Assembly (NCBI RefSeq): GCF_001306055.1
Contig: NZ_LGHJ01000017.1
Span: 210,001-242,000 of the forward strand
Direction: 5' to 3'
DNA: 32,000 nt
Origin: Bellilinea caldifistulae
GTDB taxonomy: Bacteria > Chloroflexota > Anaerolineae > Anaerolineales > Anaerolineaceae
Below the pieces are notes generated by a model that was not told the DNA's origin, searched no databases, and was given only the letters and a program-made list of their open reading frames with translations. The position numbers and the translations under genes are program-made. Below are positions 1-7,857 of this stretch, piece by piece. Each line of letters opens with the position of its first letter. Within the stretch, counting starts at the first letter, position 1.

Positions 1-760
1 CCCGGAATGCTTTGGCAGCATCATTATTGCCCTGGCTGGCTTCACCCATCGAACGGGTTAATCGGCTCAAAGAACCGGTCATCGTATCCAGATCGGTGCC
101 GAGCATCGTGCCGACGAAATTCAATTCTTGCAGCTGCGTAGTGCTCAATCCGGTAACATTGGACAAATCCAGTAGTTCGCCGGAGAACTTTGCGGTATCC
201 ACCATCAGTTTGGTGACCCCCAGTCCAATTCCAGCCACAGCTGCCCCAAGCGCGGCGATTGCCGCAACGCCGATTTTTGCTGCCCCGCCCAAAGCGCCCA
301 AAACGTTTGACAGCCCGCGTGTTTTTTCGGCTGTTTCAGCCTGGGCGCGTCCCAGCTCTTCAACTTTTTTTCCTGCGTCCTGCGATTCTTTACCCATCTG
401 ATCCAGCGCAGTTTGAGACTGTTTGAGCTCAAACTGCATTCTGTTCAGAGTTTCAGTTTCGCGGTTCAATTTGATTTGTAAATCCTGCGCCGCGCGGGAA
501 TTCTCCCCCTTCTCGGCAGCAATGCGCCGATACTCATTCTGTAAAGCCCCAACCTTTTTTTGTTGGAGGTCTATCTGACCGGTCAGCGCCTTGATGCGCA
601 TCTGTAATCCATCCGCGCTTTTTGACCAGTCCCCGAGAGCGGCGGCTGAGGCGCGGAAGCCGGATTCAATGATGCGAATATCCCGATTCAGGGCAGCCAC
701 CGCCGCCTTGAAATCGGTAGTATCCAGACTGATTTTAGAACTCAGCGGATTGTCGCTCAT
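1..760 (-). CDS. Tail tape measure protein, N-terminal part (3' end runs off the window)
   Basis: Absent from the ORF track because it is open at the window edge. My minus-strand translation from ATG 758-760 (GGAGG about 10 nt upstream) reads MSDNPLSSKISLDTTDFKAAVAALNRDIRIIESGF..., then coiled-coil, then the hydrophobic GALGGAAKIGVAAIAALGAAVAGIGLGV segment. It lies directly downstream of the chaperone pair, the canonical TMP position. Confidence 0.85.
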   Translation of the reverse strand, partial: MSDNPLSSKISLDTTDFKAAVAALNRDIRIIESGFRASAAALGDWSKSADGLQMRIKALTGQIDLQQKKVGALQNEYRRIAAEKGENSRAAQDLQIKLNRETETLNRMQFELKQSQTALDQMGKESQDAGKKVEELGRAQAETAEKTRGLSNVLGALGGAAKIGVAAIAALGAAVAGIGLGVTKLMVDTAKFSGELLDLSNVTGLSTTQLQELNFVGTMLGTDLDTMTGSLSRLTRSMGEASQGNNDAAKAFR

Positions 761-777
761 GTCATCCGGCCTCCGAT

Positions 778-987
778 TTACCAGCCATCTACCTGATCAC
801 AATACATTGTCTTGCCTGAACTGGCATCGCTCAATCTCGCGACCACCGGCAGTAAACTCTCGATGTCCGTATCATCAATGTCTCGCAGACTCCAGCCAAA
901 TGCCTTAATCAGCGATATTTCGAAATCAAGCAGCCAGTCATCCTCAATTTCCTCCGGGGCATTTACAGCCCCGGAGGGGTAGGGTTT
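778..987 (-). CDS. gpT-like extension of the tail assembly chaperone, reached by a -1 frameshift from the 963-1280 ORF (G-T fusion product 778-1280)
   Basis: The -1 frame relative to 963-1280 is open from the slippery site down to TAA at 778-780. It encodes the acidic peptide ...NAPEEIEDDWLLDFEISLIKAFGWSLRDIDDTDIESLLPVVARLSDASSGKTMYCDQVDGW and has no own start or RBS. Position between major tail and TMP matches the conserved G/GT arrangement. Confidence 0.55.
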   Translation of the reverse strand, partial: KPYPSGAVNAPEEIEDDWLLDFEISLIKAFGWSLRDIDDTDIESLLPVVARLSDASSGKTMYCDQVDGW

Positions 988-1280
988 GAGGGCATCAGCC
1001 CGCGCGCTTTGTTGATGATTGTTTGCAGCACGGTCACCATTTCGCTGACGTCAGCGCCGTTGTTCAGGTCTTCAATCGAGAACCTGTTTCCGAACGCCTC
1101 GACGACCAGCGAAGCCAGGGCATCGATATCGTTTTCAGTCATGTTGTTGACATCCATGCTTTTCGCCATACGCACAGCTGCCTTGAGGATGCGCCACGGC
1201 ACAAAAGCGCGGGTGTAGCTCGCTTTGATCTCGTCGTTCTCGTCGTATAGCGTAATTGTGAGCGGTGTACCGACGGTCAT
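963..1280 (-). CDS. Tail assembly chaperone (gpG-like)
   Basis: 105 aa ORF immediately after the major tail gene and before the TMP, followed by an overlapping -1 frame extension. Confidence 0.75.
   Translation of the reverse strand: MTVGTPLTITLYDENDEIKASYTRAFVPWRILKAAVRMAKSMDVNNMTENDIDALASLVVEAFGNRFSIEDLNNGADVSEMVTVLQTIINKARGLMPSNPTPPGL
981..987 (-). promoter_or_regulatory. Candidate -1 programmed frameshift slippery heptamer A_AAC_CCT
   Basis: Minus-strand tcA AAC CCT fits the X_XXY_YYZ pattern in the zero frame of the chaperone ORF, 6 codons before its stop. The -1 frame is open from here. Confidence 0.45.
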
Positions 1281-1289
1281 ATTGTCACC

Positions 1290-2201
1290 TTATGCAGTCG
1301 TAAATTGGATCGCGCCATTGAGTGTTTGACCGTAAATATCCATCACGGCGTATGTCAACAGGTAGTTCGTGGATGCGGTCAGGTTGCTGGTCGGATCAAT
1401 GGTGATGATCTTCTTGGTAGCATCAAGCGAATTAGATGTGGTAATGACCGTACCATCCGACGACTTGAGGAGCACCACACCGCTGGTGGCGAAGTCCTTT
1501 AGGGCATTGTTGAAGGTGAGAGTCAGATTCGCGCTGACCGAAACGCCCGTCGCGTCATTGAGCGGTACGCTGCTCATCAGAGCAAGAGCAGAGATCGAGC
1601 CGACACCGGGCACCTGAACAGCGTTGAACCAGTTTGCCCCGTTGAAGTTCGTTGTGTCTTCATCGCCAACCACTCGTTTGACGCTGTCAAAAACGCCGCC
1701 GCCAAGATCAAACTTGTAAACCGTTTTGATTGCCGTGAAGGTAAGCTGCAAGGTTTTTGGCTCAGGTTTTTCGCCTTTGGTGGCGGTTTCCTCTTTAGGC
1801 ATATCGAATTTGCCCTTGAGGTACTGATAGTAGCGGTACTTGCCATTCGACTTCAGGCTGCGAAAACTGAGTGCAAAGTACGGTGCAACTCCCGCATTAT
1901 CAAACATGCGCCCGGTAGTCGGGTCGAAAACCCGTCCGGTGATTTTGGCCAGCATTTCGATGGGCATGCCGGTTACGGTCAGATTGATTTTGGTATCGCC
2001 CTCGCTGGTCATCACATCATAAGGCTGGTCATCCGCATATTGAATTTCGAACGATGTGGTCGGCTCCTGGCTCGCTTCTGCCGCCGGAGCAAGATACTCA
2101 GGAGTGTCGGCTGCATAACCGAGAGCATCGTCTTGCGTGACCTCGGCAACGTATAACGAACTCAAGCCAATTTTAGATTTGTATTCTCCAGGGTTTGCCA
2201 T
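1290..2201 (-). CDS. Major tail protein with C-terminal Ig-like domain
   Basis: 303 aa. The N-terminal two thirds resemble phi13-type major tail proteins (MANPGEYKSKIGLSSLYVAEV...YFALSFRS...YRYYQYLKGKF). The C-terminal ~90 aa are a beta-rich Ig-like module (SANLTLTFNNAL...ITIDPTSNLTASTNYLLTY). Position is upstream of the chaperone and TMP. Confidence 0.85.
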   Translation of the reverse strand: MANPGEYKSKIGLSSLYVAEVTQDDALGYAADTPEYLAPAAEASQEPTTSFEIQYADDQPYDVMTSEGDTKINLTVTGMPIEMLAKITGRVFDPTTGRMFDNAGVAPYFALSFRSLKSNGKYRYYQYLKGKFDMPKEETATKGEKPEPKTLQLTFTAIKTVYKFDLGGGVFDSVKRVVGDEDTTNFNGANWFNAVQVPGVGSISALALMSSVPLNDATGVSVSANLTLTFNNALKDFATSGVVLLKSSDGTVITTSNSLDATKKIITIDPTSNLTASTNYLLTYAVMDIYGQTLNGAIQFTTA

Positions 2202-2205
2202 TTCT

Positions 2206-2550
2206 TTACTCCTCTTCCAGGTAGTTGAAATCCATCGCCAGACCGTAATGCCTGGTCTCTGGATTGTAGGGTAGTTCGCGTCTCGCCCCTTGCGTGAATC
2301 CGGCTGTTTTCATCGCTCCCGCAATATCCGGTAGATTTTTTAGACCATTGCGGCTGTAAACGCTAACCTGCACAAGATATGAGCGGAGCGTTTCGTTGTC
2401 GTCGGCGTGCTGGACCGGAGGCGATGAAACCAGGAAGTACACCAGATAGGTGTCCGGGCGCTCCGATTCGCTGTCCACGATCATTGCCCCGGCCGCCATA
2501 GGCAATCCGAGAGGGGCAAGCGCATTGTATATCCGTTCCCAGATCGTCAT
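2206..2550 (-). CDS. Tail terminator / tail completion protein (DUF3168-like)
   Basis: 114 aa ORF between the HK97 gp10-like gene and the major tail gene, with a 4-nt overlap with the upstream gene. Called by synteny. Confidence 0.5.
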   Translation of the reverse strand: MTIWERIYNALAPLGLPMAAGAMIVDSESERPDTYLVYFLVSSPPVQHADDNETLRSYLVQVSVYSRNGLKNLPDIAGAMKTAGFTQGARRELPYNPETRHYGLAMDFNYLEEE

Positions 2551-2951
2551 AATACGCCGCTCTCCTCAAGGCTTTCTTTCATAGCATCCCGTGCTTTTTT
2601 TCCATCTTCTGCAATCGTTGGCCGTATGTAAGGCTGGGCAGCCATTGAGGATGTTCCGTACTCCTGGGCATTGCCGTAACGGGCAGTATCTGCATCCGTC
2701 CAGCCGCGCCTGTGGATCAAACCAACCTCGCAAAACACGAAATTACCGTCCCATTCGGGTCCGAAAATACGGATATTTTCACGCAAATTGCCGGTTCTCA
2801 CCGGGACGCGATTCCTCATACCCTCTTGCAGTACCTCAGCACCTGCCAGCACGGCTCTTGCAGCTGCCTCATCCACGTCTTTCCCGGCTGCGGCTATTTT
2901 TTCGAGATATTCATCCAATCCTTTGAGTGTCAATGTCGCTTTTGTAGCCAT
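2547..2951 (-). CDS. HK97 gp10-family head-tail joining / neck protein
   Basis: 134 aa. LKGLDEYLEKI...VPVRTGNLRENI...GNAQEYGTSSMAAQPYIRP matches the pattern I recall for the HK97 gp10 family. Synteny agrees. Confidence 0.7.
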   Translation of the reverse strand: MATKATLTLKGLDEYLEKIAAAGKDVDEAAARAVLAGAEVLQEGMRNRVPVRTGNLRENIRIFGPEWDGNFVFCEVGLIHRRGWTDADTARYGNAQEYGTSSMAAQPYIRPTIAEDGKKARDAMKESLEESGVL

Positions 2952-2952
2952 T

Positions 2953-3297
2953 TCAGCCTGCCTTCAATCGCTTTACCTTGATCTCAAGATATTCATTGCG
3001 TTCCATGATGTTGTCGATAGATACAATCTCGAAAATTTCGCCGTTTTTATCCACCACCCAGGATTCATCGATGTCAGCCAGATAGCGGATAAGCACAGTA
3101 GCAGGAGCAATGGCGCCGGCCATGTCCGCGGTCCATACCTCTCTGCCGTGAGCGTTCTGCCACCTGGCATAAACAGTTGCAACATTGGTATAAACCTCCG
3201 TTTTGAATCCGCCGGCATCGGTTGTTACCGTCCGCTTCTTCAGCGTTATTGGCGTGCGCAACTCTCCTGGATTGATCGGCTTATCGTTGATTCTCAT
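2953..3297 (-). CDS. Head closure / head-tail adaptor protein (SPP1 gp16-like)
   Basis: 114 aa. The GELRTPITLKKRT...VYARWQNAHGREVW...IRY pattern is typical of phage head-closure proteins. Synteny agrees. Confidence 0.7.
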   Translation of the reverse strand: MRINDKPINPGELRTPITLKKRTVTTDAGGFKTEVYTNVATVYARWQNAHGREVWTADMAGAIAPATVLIRYLADIDESWVVDKNGEIFEIVSIDNIMERNEYLEIKVKRLKAG

Positions 3298-3797
3298 AAA
3301 TCACCGGGTGGAATGATATGCGCTCGAAACCATTTGCCGCTCAGATCACTCGCCACTTGCTTCAGGTGATCATCCAGGCTGATTACAGTTTCGAAACTGG
3401 CGGATTGATCACCGCTCAAGCCGATGATTCCCGTTACACTGGCAACAACATCTCCCCTCTTCACGCCCGGCAAAGAAATATATCCTGATCCGGACAATCC
3501 TTCGAAGGTGTGATAATTGAGTGCCATTGCTTCGAGCTGGACCAGCGCAGCAGTAAGCCCGTGATTGAGTGTGGCGATACCGGATGCAATCATGCCGGGA
3601 TTTTCGAACCACAAGACCAGCAGCATGCGCGCGGCATTTTTCGCCTCAGGCGCGATAACCGGGTCTGCGGTCCAATCCCGGCCCGTCGCCCGCTTGATGT
3701 AAGCGTCCACCTGCGGCAATAGCCGCAGCATTTCCTCGTTATCGATGGTGCAGCGCAGCACACTGGCCGCTTCAGCAGTAGTCAGTATATTTGCCAC
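3294..3797 (-). CDS. Head-tail connector protein (gp6-like)
   Basis: 167 aa directly after the major capsid gene. The N-terminus (TTAEAASVLRC...LLPQVDAYIKRATGRDW) resembles gp6-type connector proteins. Confidence 0.6.
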   Translation of the reverse strand: MANILTTAEAASVLRCTIDNEEMLRLLPQVDAYIKRATGRDWTADPVIAPEAKNAARMLLVLWFENPGMIASGIATLNHGLTAALVQLEAMALNYHTFEGLSGSGYISLPGVKRGDVVASVTGIIGLSGDQSASFETVISLDDHLKQVASDLSGKWFRAHIIPPGDL

Positions 3798-3812
3798 AGG
3801 TGGACCTCCTCA

Positions 3813-4946
3813 TTAGCCAAGCAGAGTAGCAATCGCTTCCGGTTTGACTGCCTTCACGCCCCAGGCCAGTGCCACCTCGTACGCAATCCGGCGCCGCTGG
3901 CGGTACATGGCCACCTGGAACGATATGCCGGTCTGCGGATCGGTGATCACAGTCACATCATCCGCAGCGTCACCGCCCAGGGGCATGGCCGGAACGCGCA
4001 TCAACAAATGAATGGCAGACCGGCTGAAACCGAGATTGGGAGTGTAGTTATTACCCACAGTGACGGCATTGTTATCCGGAATTGCAACACGCAATCCGGG
4101 TTTAGCAATCTTAAAACTGCCGCCAGAAAGCGCAGAGGTAACCACATATTTATTGGCGGTGTCGGCGGCAAAAGTCACAATATCGCCGGCCAGGATGGTG
4201 CCGCTGCCGGTGTCAACCGGGATGGTGGTCTCGCCAACCGCCAGACCGGAACCACTGTTTACAAGATATCCCGTTCCGGTGCCTTTGGTATGCAATCCAA
4301 TTTGTGCACTCTCGCGAATTGCGAAACTAAATACATCCAGCAGGATACCGCGGCGCAGCAAATCAGTGCTGCCGGCCTCGTTGGCTTTGGTCAATTGGGT
4401 GAGAGTACGCAGTTTGGCACCGGCTGTGGTATTGATGACCAGCTGCAAATCATTGGTGGGTGCACCGTTATCTTTCAAAATTTTGAGCAAATTTGCAGCG
4501 TCGCTCAAATCGGATGCAAACGGCGTGGTGCCGGCCGTGCCGTGTGCCCGGCTCGCTGCCACATAGAGAGCCGCAAGGTCAGTCTCAACTTCATTGGTCA
4601 GGGTGCGCATCGCCTGGGCAAACTGGTCGCGCAGGATGATGTCATACAGGCCGCCGAGGGATTTCTGTTCCTCTGCCTCCCAGAAGAAGGTCACCGAACG
4701 TACCTTGCTGATAGTCATGAAATCCGAACCGATTGTCACCGCGGACGGATCGGGACCGGTCGCAGCCGGGACAATATCACTTGCAGCATTGGCAGGTACG
4801 ATCGGGTAGCGCAGCGCCTGGTCTTTGGCGACCTGCTCGCCGCTCGCATCCAGCGTAACCGCCGGAATGAAACCGGTCAGCTCGCGCATGACGATGTCAG
4901 CAGCTGCATAGATGGTTGGAATTAAATTGGTGAGTGTATTACCCAT
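3813..4946 (-). CDS. Major capsid protein
   Basis: 377 aa ORF with GGAGG upstream, located after the protease and scaffold-like genes and before the connector genes. Family not assigned. Confidence 0.8.
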   Translation of the reverse strand: MGNTLTNLIPTIYAAADIVMRELTGFIPAVTLDASGEQVAKDQALRYPIVPANAASDIVPAATGPDPSAVTIGSDFMTISKVRSVTFFWEAEEQKSLGGLYDIILRDQFAQAMRTLTNEVETDLAALYVAASRAHGTAGTTPFASDLSDAANLLKILKDNGAPTNDLQLVINTTAGAKLRTLTQLTKANEAGSTDLLRRGILLDVFSFAIRESAQIGLHTKGTGTGYLVNSGSGLAVGETTIPVDTGSGTILAGDIVTFAADTANKYVVTSALSGGSFKIAKPGLRVAIPDNNAVTVGNNYTPNLGFSRSAIHLLMRVPAMPLGGDAADDVTVITDPQTGISFQVAMYRQRRRIAYEVALAWGVKAVKPEAIATLLG

Positions 4947-4961
4947 TTTGAGCCTCCGTTT

Positions 4962-5324
4962 TTAGTCTTCGATTTTTCCGCCGGAGCGAATGAACCGCGC
5001 TCGATCCACAAGCGACATACGGTCGTACTCCTGACGTTTGATCACCGTTGGTTGATTGTCCACAACCGCCGAATCGGTGGACGAAACAGGAATGAAGTTT
5101 TTGGCAATATCATTAGGGCGATTCGCCCGCTGCATTGCTTCATAAAGGGCAACTGCCTCTTCGTGCTTTTTCTGTGCTTCGTCCAGCGCCGAGCGCAGTT
5201 CAAGCGCGGCAATTTTCCCTTCTTCCGTCCCGGATACGAAGTGTTCGTGGATTTGATTGGCAATCCGCTGCACTTCTTCTTCAGCCGCAATTACGGCATC
5301 GTAAAAAGGTTTCAAGTCTGGCAT
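4962..5324 (-). CDS. Putative scaffolding / head accessory protein
   Basis: 120 aa, helical and charged (EEEVQRIANQIHEHF...ALDEAQKKHEEAVALYEAMQ), between the protease and the capsid gene. Confidence 0.4.
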   Translation of the reverse strand: MPDLKPFYDAVIAAEEEVQRIANQIHEHFVSGTEEGKIAALELRSALDEAQKKHEEAVALYEAMQRANRPNDIAKNFIPVSSTDSAVVDNQPTVIKRQEYDRMSLVDRARFIRSGGKIED

Positions 5325-6496
5325 TACCGTACTCCTTTCTTCAAAATGTTTTGTACTCGCTCATAAAGAACCTGAGCTTCATGTTTCATATCCTCCGTCA
5401 GCGCGCTGGATTCCGACGGCAAGATATTTGTGTTTTCCAGGGCTTGTGCAATTGGGGTTGGGAGATTGCTGTAATTGCGCAGGGCATTTACAACAGCTGC
5501 GCCCTGAGGCAGCTGGATTGGAATGGGTTTTTCATAGTGGATGATCTCATCTACGAAACCGAGATCAAGTGCCTTTTGCGCATCCATCCAGGTTTCCTCG
5601 GTCATCAATCTGGACAACCGTTCTCGCGAGAGACCGGTTTTGCTCACATAGGCATTGAGGATTCCTTCTTTGATGGCTTTCAAAGCATTTGCCATACGGG
5701 TGAGGTCTTCGATGTTTAGTTGAGCCATCAGAAACACTACACTGGGATCGTGCACCATGAAGTATCCGGTTTCCTGTATTCTGACCACATCCCCGGCCAC
5801 GGCTACAACAGTGGCTGCGCTGGCGGCAATGCCGTCAATCTGCACAGTGACTCGACCGGGATAATCGCGAATGATGGTGTGCATCAGACTGGCAGCAATC
5901 ACATCCCCGCCGTAGGAGTTCAGCCGGATCGTGACAGGACCGCCACCGCCCGTGCGGTATAAATCATCTTTGAACATTTTGGGAGTGATATCGTCATCGA
6001 ACCAGCTGTATTCGGAGATATATCCGTACAATTCGATCTCCGGCTCACCGGTTTCGCTGTTTTCCGCATTGACAATCCGCCAAAACGGCTCATAGGGTTT
6101 TGCATTTCCCTCAAAGCAGCGAATAGGCTGCCTGGTATTCGGTTTGATGTTCTCCACTTTGTCTTCCAGCCCGGCGTCACGCCGGTGGGCTCTCAAATGC
6201 GCCTCAACCCCGGCTCGATCTGCATCGGGAATATCCGCCTGGCTCAGCCTGGCTAAAGCGTTGTTCACAGCATTGATATTGGCTGGTGTGTCCGTTCCTG
6301 CCTCATGGTGCGGAAATTTATAACTGGTCTTTGCATCAGGGTCGCCTTCATCATCCACCCAGGCGTGCATATAGCGCAAAACATCAGCATCATTCGGCGC
6401 CTCGGCCACTTCGGCAGGGCCGTCCCAGTCCGATTCGGTATCCACAGGGGTTTTATGCGGTCTTATTGCTCCCATTTTCACCTTCCTTTTCTCCAT
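5324..6496 (-). CDS. ClpP-family (S14) prohead maturation protease with N-terminal extension
   Basis: 390 aa. The core VTIRLNSYGGDVIAASLMHTIIRDYPGRVTVQIDGIAASAATVVAVAGD...MVHDP is a ClpP-like serine protease fold. Located between the portal and capsid genes. Confidence 0.85.
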   Translation of the reverse strand: MEKRKVKMGAIRPHKTPVDTESDWDGPAEVAEAPNDADVLRYMHAWVDDEGDPDAKTSYKFPHHEAGTDTPANINAVNNALARLSQADIPDADRAGVEAHLRAHRRDAGLEDKVENIKPNTRQPIRCFEGNAKPYEPFWRIVNAENSETGEPEIELYGYISEYSWFDDDITPKMFKDDLYRTGGGGPVTIRLNSYGGDVIAASLMHTIIRDYPGRVTVQIDGIAASAATVVAVAGDVVRIQETGYFMVHDPSVVFLMAQLNIEDLTRMANALKAIKEGILNAYVSKTGLSRERLSRLMTEETWMDAQKALDLGFVDEIIHYEKPIPIQLPQGAAVVNALRNYSNLPTPIAQALENTNILPSESSALTEDMKHEAQVLYERVQNILKKGVR

Positions 6497-7700
6497 CGAT
6501 TACATCAATGGCCTGGTAATTCATCGGCATGTAATGGCGGTCACCGCCCGGGTAAGCGCTCATATCGTCCTTCTCGCGGGCTTCGTTGGGCGTCATCATG
6601 CCGTTCTGAATGCGGATGGCCATTGATTCTGCCCGCGCCTTACTATCCATTCGTAAGAGCGCCTCGCGAATAAACTTGAAATAATGCGTTGCCTGTTCCT
6701 CTTGGGACAGCCAGCGAATCCGTGCCGCTTCCTCCCACGGGACCAGATAAGCATCCAGCGTGCCTTGCAGATACTCCAGATACTTCTGTTCGTTAGAGTT
6801 GTAGGCTTCCTTCCCGCGATTGAGCATGTGCTCAGGCAGTCCAAAGAAATTACAAATGTCTCGATCGGTAGCATCAATGGATTCAAGAAATTGAGCGTCT
6901 TTCAGCTGGATGTGAATCGGCTCGAACTTGGTAATCTTGTTATCGAAAACTGCCAGCCGGTAAGCGTTCTCCGCACCGCTCATCGCCCGTTCGTATTCAA
7001 GACGCGCTGCCTGGCGCGCTTCTTTGTTCAATTCCCCTGCAAACTGAATATATGCGGCCGGCAACATACCCTGCGAGTACAGTTTCGATTCGGCCTTGTA
7101 AGCCGCCAGCTGCCGGCCAAACGTCTCCCGGGCAAATGTGATCACTCCGCGGCCGACAAAACCAGTTGCGTCCGGATTGATCAGCAAATGTAGCACCTCC
7201 ACGGCCGGGATGTAACCTGTAGAACCATTCGAAAAAGTGTGGCGGTACCACAGTTCGCCGTCCAGTGTGAAAACCGGCATGGTGCGATCCGCCGGTAATA
7301 CCAGTAATTGACGCGGTCCAACAACCGGGGACCAGATATAGGCGTTCCCGTAAAACAACAGCCATTCGATCACTGCCTTTTTGAATTGAAACGGCGTCCA
7401 GCCCCAAATATTGGGAGATACCTGTAACAGATAAGCGATATTGCGTGTAACCGGATCAGGCTGTATCTGCTCAACCTGGCGGCCGTTTCGGCGCATTACC
7501 TGAAACGGGAGTTTAGCCACATCGTCTGAGATAATATTTTTCGCCCGATAAGCGGTAGCTATTGAATGTGCGCGATAAACCGTTACCTGCTCTCCGGCTT
7601 CGGTGGAATATCCATAGGACGGCACGTATTCATAACGCGGCTGCTCTTGAGCCGGCGCCTCTTTCACATTTGCACTCTTCAAAAGTTCTCTAATCAGCAT
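6453..7700 (-). CDS. Portal protein (HK97-family-like)
   Basis: 415 aa directly downstream of TerL. The length and a motif around RDICNFFGLPEHMLN are typical of portal proteins. Confidence 0.85.
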   Translation of the reverse strand: MLIRELLKSANVKEAPAQEQPRYEYVPSYGYSTEAGEQVTVYRAHSIATAYRAKNIISDDVAKLPFQVMRRNGRQVEQIQPDPVTRNIAYLLQVSPNIWGWTPFQFKKAVIEWLLFYGNAYIWSPVVGPRQLLVLPADRTMPVFTLDGELWYRHTFSNGSTGYIPAVEVLHLLINPDATGFVGRGVITFARETFGRQLAAYKAESKLYSQGMLPAAYIQFAGELNKEARQAARLEYERAMSGAENAYRLAVFDNKITKFEPIHIQLKDAQFLESIDATDRDICNFFGLPEHMLNRGKEAYNSNEQKYLEYLQGTLDAYLVPWEEAARIRWLSQEEQATHYFKFIREALLRMDSKARAESMAIRIQNGMMTPNEAREKDDMSAYPGGDRHYMPMNYQAIDVIDGEKEGENGSNKTA

Positions 7701-7857
7701 ATTTCGCCATCACCTTTCCGATCAGCAAACTCCAGCCGATCAGCATCAGACCACCCACAATCCACGTAACGATCACCGACCAGAGTGATAGGCCATACAG
7801 GATACAAATGCACCCGGCCAGCAAAAGCAGATCATCAAAAAATTTGAGTATCTTCAT
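7690..7857 (-). CDS. Small membrane protein (55 aa) between TerL and portal
   Basis: Below the ORF-track cutoff. My translation is MKILKFFDDLLLLAGCICILYGLSLWSVIVTWIVGGLMLIGWSLLIGKVMAKYAD (two TM segments). Its ATG overlaps the TerL stop (ATGA) and its stop overlaps the portal start region. Confidence 0.4.
   Translation of the reverse strand: MKILKFFDDLLLLAGCICILYGLSLWSVIVTWIVGGLMLIGWSLLIGKVMAKYAD

Noticed and set aside
4008-4925. 305-aa plus-strand ORF antisense to the major capsid gene, and similar antisense ORFs at 10475-11098, 17772-18167, 18442-19064 and 19187-19717
   Set aside because: They lie entirely inside well-supported minus-strand genes, have odd composition (for example poly-F/L from the antisense of an acidic linker) and have no RBS.
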